Source: Octopus sinensis (Eukaryota). Taken from it: DNA of 64,000 nucleotides. The first letter of the stretch is position 1; each line of letters starts with the position of its first letter. The stretch spans positions 21,452,001 to 21,516,000 of the forward strand of contig NC_043003.1 of NCBI RefSeq assembly GCF_006345805.1, in the 5' to 3' direction. Under the pieces are notes generated by a model, which worked only from the letters and a program-made list of their open reading frames with translations, was not told where the DNA came from and did no database searches. A program made the position numbers and the translations under genes. This document shows, one piece after another, positions 40,501 through 52,500 of this stretch.

Positions 40501-43500
40501 CACAAACCCTTCTGTAGTTAGCTTATTGAGTTAGTTGACCCAGGGTTAAACTGCTATTGCTGTTTAACCCTAGGTCAACTTCTATTAGGTAGATTTATCA
40601 TCAAAGCCAATTTATTAATGAATATCTAATCTTTTATTTTTTACTTGTTTCAGTCATTAGACTGTGGCCATACTGGGGCACCACCCTGAAGAGTTTAGTT
40701 GAACAAATCCTAGTCCTTATTTTTAAATCTTGTACTTATTTTATTGGCATCTTTTGCCAAAATGCTAAGTTATGTGGACATAGACTGATAACAGTTGTTA
40801 AGTGGTGGAATGATAAAAATAGAGACACAAACGTGTGTGTGTGCGTGCATATATATATACCTTCTACCCCTACTGATGACAAAGGGTCTCTCGCTCAGAG
40901 TGAAAGCTAGATTGTGTGACGCATGTGTGCGAACTGTCATGCTTCACAGCACTGAAACATGGGCTGTGACTGCAGAGGACATGCGTAGGCTCGAAAGAAA
41001 TGAAGCTAGCATGAGCCGCTGGAAGTGTAATGTCAGTGTGCACACACAACAGAGTGTAAGCACCCTGAGAGAAATGTTGGACATAAGAAACATCGGATGT
41101 GGCGTGCAAGAGAGATGTTTGCACTGGTATGGTCATGTACTACAGATGAATGAGGAGAGATGTGTGAAGAAGTGCCACTCCCAAACAGTTGAAGGAATCC
41201 GGGGTAGAGGTAGACCCAGGAAGACATAGGATGAGGTGGTCAAGCATGACCTTCGAACATTGGTCCTCACAGAGGCAATGACGAAAGACAAAACCTCTGG
41301 AGATATGCTGTAACTGCGAAGACCCGACAAATAAAGTGAGTTCATGGTTGTATCCTACACCAGCTTCACACAACCAGCCCCAGCCCATTCAAATACCTTG
41401 GATCGCGGGATGGCCTATAGTGCTTACCTTGGATCGTGGGGCAACCTGCTGTGCTCAAGGAGACCTATTGAGTCAAGTACATCAACATCAAAATCAAATG
41501 GAAATTGTAGTTGTGATACCCGTGCCGGTGACACGTAAAAAGCACCATCCGAATGTGAACGATGCTAGCACCACCTGGGCTGGCTTCCGTGCCGGTGGCA
41601 CATAAAAAGCACCAAACGGTCATGGCCATTGCCAGCCTCCTCTGGCCCCTGTGCCGGTGGCATGTAAAAAGCACCCACTACACTCAGAGTGGTTGGCGTT
41701 AGGAAGGGCATCCAGCTGTAGAAACACTTCCAGATCAGACTGGAGACTGGTGCAGCCTCCTGGCTTCCCAGACCCTGGTTGAACTATCCCACTCATGCTA
41801 GCATGGAAAACGGACATTAAACGATGATGATGAGCATTAGGATTAGGTTACCTAGTTTACATGGTGTAAAAGTGACCAAAATTATAACACGCCCTCCTTT
41901 CACCACACACTCTGATGCTACCTTATTATGCATGTTAAATAAAACAAGTATATTTACCTCATTAGAATAATGATGCATGTGATGAACAAAGAGATAGAGG
42001 GATAGAGTGACACCAAAACAAAAGTTCCGAGCAACGTTTAGACGGCATTTGACTCTGCTGACAGATCCCGGCTATGAGGAAACAAACAAAATAAATAAAT
42101 GAATAAATAAATAAATACATAAAGGAAATACTTAATTTTATGTTTTCTTTTTAATGGTTAAGAAAGAAGCAATTCATTGAAATAGAATATTTAAACATTG
42201 AGATTTTGTCTAAAAATTAAAAATAGGAAAAGGTGAAAGTAAGTTTGCTCACACTTATGCTAGCTTTGTCAGACCAGATTCCAGAGACAATAGAACCTAC
42301 TATACCGCCAACCTCCATACTGGATGCTATCGTGCTACCTGTAAATGATTAAAAAAATTAATTAATTGTCATGAAAATAAAGAATATTGCCAAAATATTC
42401 CAAATTTAGAGTTTGTTGCTGTTTGGCTCTACGTTAGCCTTGATCTAAAGGTATTCCAGCTACAGCTGTCCATTTTTTTAAAGATATGATGTATCTAGGA
42501 CTACAATATTCAATGTGTCCTGACTTGTTGTTTAGCCCCAGGTCAGTCCTGATGCAGTAGGCTTTTGATTAGAGGCATTCCAACTGTAACCATCCTGTCT
42601 TTGTTTTACAAATACAATTTATCTAAGACTATCCTCCTCCTCGTTTAACGTCCGCTTTCCATGCTAGCATGGGTTGGACGATTTCACTGAGGACTGGCGA
42701 AACAGATAGCTGCACCAGACTCCAATCTGATCTGGCAGAGTTTCTACAGCTGGATGCCCTTCCTAATGCCAACCACTCCGAGAGTGTAGTGGGTGCTTTT
42801 ACGTGTCACCGGCACGAGGGCCAGTCAGGTGGTACTGACAACAGCCACGCTCAAATGGTGCTTTTTTTTACATTTTTTAAGACAGTAGAGTGTGATTTGA
42901 GGGAGTTGTAAGAGCTATTTCTAGCAGGTTGAATGACTGTATAAGAAGCATTTTTGTTGGTTTGTAATGAATGTTACCACAGGTATGTTCACATGTTCCA
43001 ATCAGGATTTTTACAGGTGGAATGGATGATTGGATAAGATATAGAATTCAAATTTTGGCACAAGACCAGTAATTTTGGGGGAGTGTGTAAGTCGGTTACA
43101 TCGATCCCAGTGTTCAACTGGGACTTATTTTATTGACTCCAGCATTCAACTGGTACTTATTTTGTCAACCCTGAAAGGATGAAAGGCAAGTCAACCTTGG
43201 CAAAAATTGAATGGATAAGATATTGAACTACTAGCTTCTAGAACATAAGTTCATATCACAATTGAATATTTAGTAGTGGCATGACAACCATCCTTGCATA
43301 GGTAATACATTCAAAATTATATTTGGCACGTTTAAGTTTTGGGATCTGGGTCTTTGCCTAACAGTGAATACAGAGTTCTCTTTGTAACTATGTGGTCTTG
43401 AGTTCTGTATTACTGTGCAGTGGTATCTCAGGTGTCTTCTACTGCAGCTTCAGGCCAACCAATGCCTTTCGAATGGAATTGATAGAAAGACAGTTTGGAA

Positions 43501-46500
43501 GCCTGTTGTCATCGTCGCTATTGTTGCCATCATTTTAATGTCCACTTTTCTATGCTTGTATGGGTCAGATGGAACATGATGAAGTAGATTTTATAATAAT
43601 AATGAAATTATTGTATACAGTGCTCAGATGCACCACAACTTGTCAAAAATTGAACATAAAGTATATGCAGTAATGTACAAATGTCTGGAAAGTGAACAGT
43701 GTATGAATCAGATACATGCTTGCACGTGTATGGAGGGGAGAAAATCAGGTGTAGTGTTGGCGAATCTCAAGAATCATGGAAGTTTTGAAGGATGCAGTAC
43801 TCCAACAACTAACAACTGATGCCGGTAGTTTGCTCCATGTTTCTGAAAGTCATGTGAGCTGTGCTGTTTTCTGACTTTGTAAACCTGTCCACGAGTGTTA
43901 GACAGGTGAAGTTTGAAAAGATACTCAGTGTTATTGTTAGTAAGAGGTGCTCAGTGTTATTGTTTGTAAGTTATTGTTTTAATAATTTTAAATCTGCATT
44001 CTGGTGGTACCTAATCTATTTCTTGTTTCAAAATACACTCCACGAATTTCAATTACATGTGAAATGCTGTTTGAAGAAGAAAATACAACAAAAAAAATAA
44101 GGGGCCTTGGAAAGAAGATGAAAGAAAAAAGAAAAGAAATAATGGGAAAAAGAAACAAAGAGAAAAAAGATGAAGAAAGGGACAAGAGCAGCAGCAGGTA
44201 ATAAAGAGGAGAAAACTCTGTCAACTTACTCAGTATGGGACTAAACTGCTTCTCTTCAATCAGATACAAGTGACTCCAGTCCATCATACATGTACGGATA
44301 CCACAGAGAATCAAATAGCTTATTCCCAACAGAAAAAGAAATGGATCCAGAAACACAGATGTTACTTGTGAAATGTTAGTCTCATCTTCTTTCGGAAAAG
44401 AGGAAGTAAGAAAAATAAAAAAGGGAAATTATAAAAATAGATTGAATTTGATAGTTGAGTGTGTGCCATCACACTTGATGCAGAAAAATTAATAACATTG
44501 TATTTGTAAGTAAAAAAACAAAAAACAAAACAAAAATGTTACTTGTTACCTTTTATTTCTTTCAGCCATTGGACTGTGGCAATGCGGAGGCATCACCTTG
44601 AAGGGTTTTGATGACTAATTCAACTACAGTACTTATTTGTTGTGATGGCCCGGCGTCCCATCCAGGTGGGGAACCTATACACCAACGTAACCAGGAAACC
44701 GGCCCTTATGAGCCAGGCGTGGCTCATGAAGGGAAAAACAACTTATTTGTAAGTCTATTACTTATTCTCTCAATCTCTTTTGTCAAGTCGCTATACCATT
44801 TGAGGCAGCAGGGTTTGACTCCTTACCACACCTCTGGAAATAGTCAGAAGTGGTCGTTAAACAATTTTACCAGGCCCAATTCTAGCCTTCTAATTCCCCT
44901 GATTGTAATCCCATGGAAATGTGAAGAAGATTCATCAACTTGTGCATGAGGATAGACAAAGGACAATCAACAATGTTTTGAAGCATTTGAAGGAAGATAA
45001 TTTGGTGAAAGCAACCAGATCTGTGGAACACAAGAATTGGATTCTTCATGATGACAATGCATCCTGTCATCAAGCTCCCCTCAATAGTGAGCTTCTCACC
45101 AAAAACAACATGGTACCACTTCTGCACCCACCCTATTCGCCAGACCTAGCACCTACGGACTTCCATCTCTTCCCTCGAGATGAAAATGTAGCTCAAAGGT
45201 CACTGTTTCAACACTGTTGCTACAATCAAGAGCAAATAGCAGAAGGTTCTGCACCCACTTACCGAAAACAACTTCCAGGCCAGATTCCAGAAGTGGCAGG
45301 AACACTGGGACCAGTGTACCATTTTTGAAAGAGATGATATTAAAACTTAGGTAAATAAGTTATATTTTATTAGACATAACTACCGTAAATCCTCGAGTAT
45401 AATCCACACTTTTTTCCCAAAATCCCTTGTACGTACTATATACGAGGTTAAAAATGAAAATTATTTTCTAAGCAATGTCCGAGTCTCTATTTGCTGTCCG
45501 GCAATGTTTATTCAGACGCATTTTGAGATGTCGGGCGTGAAAATACCTTAAATCATCCATAACTTGCAGTTAGCAACATTTATTAGACGTTATTACTGTT
45601 ATTTCTTTATTTTCTGCAAACAAAATGTACAAAAAAGCTACACGTTTGCATTATGTTATATATACAATAATAATAAAGGACGTTACCATATACATTTTTA
45701 CAAACCAAGGACGTTATATAGACCTCCTTGACTCAAGTTAGAGAAGGGGTGCATATCATACACAAGGTTTAGGTTTTTCAGAGGTACAGCCCCCCTAAAA
45801 ATCCCGTGTATTATACTCAAGGGCAGTCTGTACTCGAGGATTTACGGTAGTCTGGGAATGTTTTGATATTATCTTCTACATAGGCATATTTATATACACA
45901 TTTATACAAGTGTGTGCATGTTTGTGTATGTGTGTGCTTTCTTTTATTTCCATTCTTAGCAAGATTAAGAAATGTCCTTACTTTTGTTGATGGATTTGTC
46001 TTTGTCACCAGAATGTTCTTCCTGATAGTTTTGCAAACCAAACTGCGATGGATCTTCCTGCAGTGTGACAGTAAATATGACAGCCAGTACCAATGCACTA
46101 CAAGCTGAAGGAGAAAAACAAGATGTAAAAAGAAATCATTGAAATATCCAACCCACCCATCCATCAATACACACACACACAATGGGTTTCTTTCAGTTTC
46201 TGACTACCAAATCCACTCACATGGCTTTGGTTAGCCCAAGGCTATTGTAGAAGACACTTGCCCAAGGTGCCACACAGAAGGACTGAACCCAGAACCATGT
46301 AGTTGAAAAGCAAATTTCTTATCCACCACAAAGTCCAGTGTTTGTTGGAGTGTTGGTGAGCTTCAAATGATCTTGTGATTATCCTAGTAAAGCACAAGTT
46401 CCTGGTTGGGCCTCCCATGCTGGACAGGTCAGACAAATATGGACCACTTCTTCCAGGAGGTAAAAATGAAGTTGTGTAGGGTGAACATCACAACCAAGAA

Positions 46501-49500
46501 AAAAGCTACAGAAGCATTGATGATAATTCAAGACCAACAAGACCTGAGAAAGGATGGACTTCTCTCTAGGAAAAACTGCCCAGATTTGAGAAACAGTGAA
46601 GCAAAGCCACTGATGGCCTATTGTTCCATAAAGAGCATGGAGCTTCAGTAAATAATAGATTTTAGTGAAGGCACATGGTTCAGTGGTTAGAGCATTGGGC
46701 TCACAATCATGAGGTAGTGAGTTCAATTCCCAGACTGGGCTGTGTGTTGTGTTCTTGAGCAAGACACTTTATTTAATGTTGCTCCAGTTCACTCAGCTGT
46801 AGAAATGAGTTGTAACATCACAGGTACCAAGCTGTATAAGCCACTTTGCCTTTCCCTTGATCAACATTGATGGCTGTGAAGAGGGGAGACTGGTATGCAT
46901 AGGTGGCTGCTGGTTTTCCATAAACAACCTTGCCTGGACTTGTGCCTAGGAGAACTTTCTAGGTGCAATCCCATGGTCATTCATGACCAAAGGGGGTCTT
47001 TACCCTTTTTTAATAGATCTTGGTAGCTTTTTTTTGTTGCTATAAGATATGACTAAAAGGGATGTCAAGAAAAGGGATTTTGTATTAAAAAAAAAAGACA
47101 TGGAACACGTTACAATACTTGGGAAGAGGTGAGGGTTGGCAACAGGAAGGACATCCAGCAGAAGAAAAACTGCCTCGACAAATTCCATCCAACCCATGCA
47201 TACATGGAAAAGTGGATGTTAAACAATAATAATGATGATGATGATGATTACTTGCAACTAATTTGAACTTATGTCACATGAGTAGTTGTCCAATGCTTTA
47301 TCCACTTGGCCACTTTGCTTTGACACTATGTCATCACCACCATCATCATCATCATCATCATCATTAAATGTCCATTTTCCATGCTGGCATGGGTTGGACA
47401 GTTTGATAGGAGCTGGAGAACTATGTCAGGGTCCAGTCATGTGCTTTGGTTTGGTTTCTATGGTTGGGTGCCCTTCTTAACACCAACCCCTTTACAGAGT
47501 GTACTGGGTGTCTTTTATGTGGCACCTGCACAGGTGCTTTTTATATGGCACCAGCACAGGTGCTTTTTACATGGCATCAACACAGGTGCTATTTTAAATA
47601 TATACAATTCTATTTTTGGAATGGATCTTGAAGCACACATAAAGCTATAAGTAACAGCCCCGAAATATTGGGTTGAAAAACCCTTTTGGATAAAAGGAAG
47701 TTGAAGGCTGCATATGGGACTTGAACCCATATCACTTGTAATGGGTTTGAGCACCACCACAAAGTCCAGTGTTGGTTGGAGTGTGGTGAGCTTCAAATGA
47801 TCTTGTGAGTATTCTAGCAAAGCACAAGTTCCTGGTTGGGCCTTCCATGTTGGACTGGTCAGACAAATATGGACCACTTCTTCCAGGAGGTAAAAATAAA
47901 TTTGTGTAAGGTCAACATCACAGCCAAGAAAGGCAGATGACAACTTTTTTTTTATCCAAAAGGGTTTTGTGACCCAATATTTAGGGGCTATTATTTACAG
48001 TTTTATGTGTGCTTTGAGATTCATTCCAAAAGAATATTATTTCACACCCTCTCAAAAGTTTATACAATTCTTATAACCTTATATATATATATACCATCAT
48101 CATCATCATCATTTAACGTCCGTTTTCCATGCTGGCATGGGTTAGACGGTTTGACTGAAGGCTGGAGAGCCAGCGGCTGCACCAGTCTCCAATCTGATCA
48201 GGCAATGTTTCTACAGCTGGATGCCCTTCCTAATGCCAACCACTCCGAAAGTGTAGTGGGTGCTTTTTACGTGCTACCAGCATGGGAGCCAGTCAGGTGG
48301 GTCTGGCATTGATCACATTCAGAAATTGATTTTAATGTGCCACCGGCGGACAAAGCATATATAATGGATATTACATATTTGACTCTAGTAAATTTGACTT
48401 ACAGTTGTTTCCAGTAATCATTAGAGGTTTGCTATTGATACGTTTACTCAATCAGCCTATTGACTGATTGAAAAAAACTGAAATTGAAAGTAATTTCTAT
48501 TCAGTTTTCAAATATATATATAGGCGCAGGAGTGGGTGTGTGGTAAGTAGCTTGCTTACCAACCACATGGTTCCAGGTTCAGTCCCACTGCATGGTACCT
48601 TGGACAGGTGTCTTCTACTATAGCCTCAGGCCAACCAAAGATTTGTGAATGGATTTGGTAGATGGAAACTGGAAGAAGCCCATCATATGTATATATATAT
48701 ATATATATATCCCGTCCAACGATGATGATGATGATATATATATATATAAGCGACTGAGACCTTTGGAGATATGCTGTGCTTGAGAAAACCCGGCAAGCCA
48801 AGTCAGATTATAGCCATGGCCAATACCAGTGTTGCATAACTGGCACATTTGAAAGTACCCTTCAATTGTCAGGCAATATGCTATGCTTGAGAAGACCTGT
48901 TGAGTCAAGCAAAATCATTATCGTGGCCAATGCCAGTGCTACCTGACTGGCACCCATGCCAGTGGCACTTAAAAAGCACCATTCAAGTGTGGCCAATGTC
49001 AGTGCCAGTGGTACATAAAACGCACCATTTGAGCATGATCAATGCCAGTGCCCCCTGACTGGGCCCCCCATGCCAGTGGCACGTAAAAAGCACCCACCAC
49101 AGTCTTGGAGTGGTTGGCATTAGGAAGGGCATACAGCTGTAGAAACTCTGCCAGATCAGACTGGAGCCTGTTGCAGCCTCCTGGTTTGCCAGTCCTCAGT
49201 CAAACCGTCCAACCCATGCCAGCATGGAAAGCAGACATTAAATGATGATGATATACTTGAAAAAATGAATAGAAATTATTAGGTGTTTACAAATAAACAC
49301 CTAATGATTTATAAACACCTAATTATTAATTTGGAAAAATCATCAGAAAAGGCATTTCCATTCATTTTTTCAAATATATAATACTGTACCAAGGACTTTC
49401 TGTTTCTTATTCTATGTGTGCATGTGTGTGTGTGTGTGTATGTTTGTGTGTGAGTGTGTGTGTGTGTGTGTGTGTGAGTGTGTGTGTGTGTGTGTGTGAT

Positions 49501-52500
49501 TGTGTGTGTGTGTGTGTGTGTGTGTGAGTGTGTGTGTGAGTGTGTGAATGTGTGTGTGAGTGAGTGTGTGTGTGTGTGTGTGTGTGAGTGTGTGAGTGTG
49601 TGTGTGTGTGTGTAATGAAATACCAATTCTGCAGATTCCACTGCTTTTTTTTGAAGGATAGAAAATAAAATAAAGACATGTAGTTGTTACCTGGGATTAT
49701 CATTCCTAATCTCCACCCATAGTGAAGTGCAATGGTTGTGATGAAGAGAGGACCAATGCTGCCGGATACATTGATGGATGTTGATAGTATACTCCACACA
49801 GTAGCAAAGTTATCAGGAGGGAACCACTGGGTAGATCACAGACAGAGAGAGTGAGTAAGAGGAGGAAGAGAGAGGGGTGAGTGTGGAAAATAAAAGAGAT
49901 GAGAGTTTGTGAAAGTAGGAGGGAAGAGAGAAAGGTAAAGAACAAGAAGGAAAGAGAATGAAGGAAAGAAAAAATGGAAGAGTAAAATGGGAGAGAAGGA
50001 GAGAGAAAGAGGAGAGAGAGAGAGGAAAAGGAGAGAGATGAAAAGGAGAGCAAGAGAAAGAAGTAGAGAGAGAGAGATTGTGTGTATGTGACAGATATAA
50101 TAGTGGAAGAAATATACAAGGGGATGCTGAAAAGTTCCTGGTTTTAAGGGTATTGCAAAGGCCTAGTTGGAGGACCAACTTTCCAATTTATTTTACAGAA
50201 CTTAGAAGATCTGAAGGACCTCTGCAATAAGCATGTGAATCTGAGAGGTGAATATGTTGAATAAAATCATAATTAACCGATTTTCTTTTAGCCAAAGCCA
50301 GGAACTTTTCAGTACCTCCTTGTAGATTATATGAGAGAGTAGGAAGGAATTTCAGAGAGACAAGTATTAAGAGAGTGATACAAAAATGACCATTTGAGAG
50401 GGATAGACACCAGAATTGAAAAGAGTGTTAGTGGGAGATATAGGCACCAGAATTGAAGAAGTGTTAGTATGAGAGTGAAAGAGATAGACTAACAAGAAAG
50501 AGAACTGATGAGATGGAGTGACAGAAAAGAGGCAGTTTAGAAAAGGAAGAATCAGTGAGGTGATAAAAATAAGAAACTAAATGTGTATGAAAATCCAATT
50601 ACAACAATGATTAATTAATTAATTAATTAGTTACAGAGTTAAATAAGTGTCTCTGTAAGAGCAATGCATTTTACAGTTAGATATTCTTGCTACTACGAAA
50701 GCAGGATTAGAAAAGGATTTGTGGGGTTTGTATTTAGCTTTTGTTAGTCAAGCAAATTGAAACAGAGTTGTGTACCTTGTTCATGGCTGTAGCATGATCT
50801 GACCTTCTGACAATGTGGTCAGAAGTCCATCTCTTTAACATCACAACTAGTTTGTCTTTAAAGTTATACATGATCAAATGAAAATAAATTTAGATGTGAT
50901 AAACACTTCAATTAGATGTTGTTTTTATTGGTAAGCCTCATATCAGCTAACTATGCTCTCCTACCAATCAAGAAGTTGGCATCGACCTTTTTGTCACCAT
51001 ATTTCTGCTGAAATACATGGCTTTGTTTCAATTAACTTTTAAAAATTATAAAGAATTTACTAAGTTAATTTTGTCATTATTAAGCTGGTGTGTGGCGAGC
51101 TAGTAGAATCGTTAGCATACTGGATGAAATGCTTAGCGTTATTTCTCCTGTTGCTATGTTCTGAGATCATGTTCTGCCAAGGTCGATTTTGCCTTTCATC
51201 CTTTCAGGGTCAATAAATTAAGCACCAGTAAAACACTGGGGTTGATGTAATCGACTTATCTCCTCCCCAAAATGGCTGCCCTTGTGGCAAAATTTGAAAC
51301 CATTATTAAGCTGGTGTAGTGACGTCATTTTCCAGTGTGCGCACACACAACATCATTCTTCAGTGTGCGTGTGCGGAACGTAATTCTTCAGTGTGCATGT
51401 GCGGAATGTCATTCTTCAGTGTGCGTGTGCGGGGCTGGAAACTTATGGAAAGGCCTGAGGAAGTTCCCTCATTCACATGCGCTAGAGACTGGGGAAGAAA
51501 ATTATATCGCGTTCCTCGTTAGCGTCGTTGACTTGAGACACGGCTATTGAAGAGAGAGGACGTGTTTAAAAGTATGATCAGTCTATTCTCCTGTCCCAGA
51601 CGCTTAGGATTTGACCTGCTTTGTTGCTGCTGAATTTGTTGTAAAATCTTACAAATGATAAAATTCAGCCTTGCTAGATTGAACCAAGTGGATACCAATA
51701 TACCAACGTGCTTCATTTGTGAATAAGAGAATAAAGAATCACATATATTTTTAAAGTTGCGTTTTGTTCCTGACTGGTAATTTCTAGAAACAAAAAGAAA
51801 GGAAATTGTGTTGCACCCAAGTTACACCCCAAAAGTGTAAAGAATCAACCAGTTCCGTTTACACTGGTGTTTGAAACATAAATTATGATAGAATTTTGAT
51901 GTGAGGTTATAATTTAGATCACCTTAAAACGGAGTTTTTATCACAGAACCAGATTTGTATCAAATGGGTTAACAAAAGGATTATCCAATAGTTATTGGCA
52001 TTGAAAAAAAAAAAAAAGGATCCAACTGTAAAATACAAGCTATAGCAATTCCTGCAAATACTGACATTTGTAAATCTAATCTACCAATAGGAATGGGAGA
52101 GAAAGAATGGGAACAGATCTGTGAAAGAGAGAATGAAAATTGATCTAGATTACAAAAAAAAAAAACAAGAAAAGAAAATGAAGATGATATTTAATAATAC
52201 TTACTGCCATTAATATTTTAGCACAAGCTGGCCAGGACAGTCCTTGACACAAACCATTAAGAAACCAGAAAATTGAAAACATCCATACAGAATTAAAACC
52301 TGCGTATGTATATTTAAAAAATGACAATGAGAAATAAAGACAACACTGAAAAGAAATTCCACAAAGGGAAACTTAAAAAATAAACTGAAATACTGTATGG
52401 CTTCTAATCTCTATATAATAATAATAACAACAACAATAATAACAACAACAACCAATATAAATGTCGGTTGGTCACGCTTTACATTGTTTGGAAATAAGGA

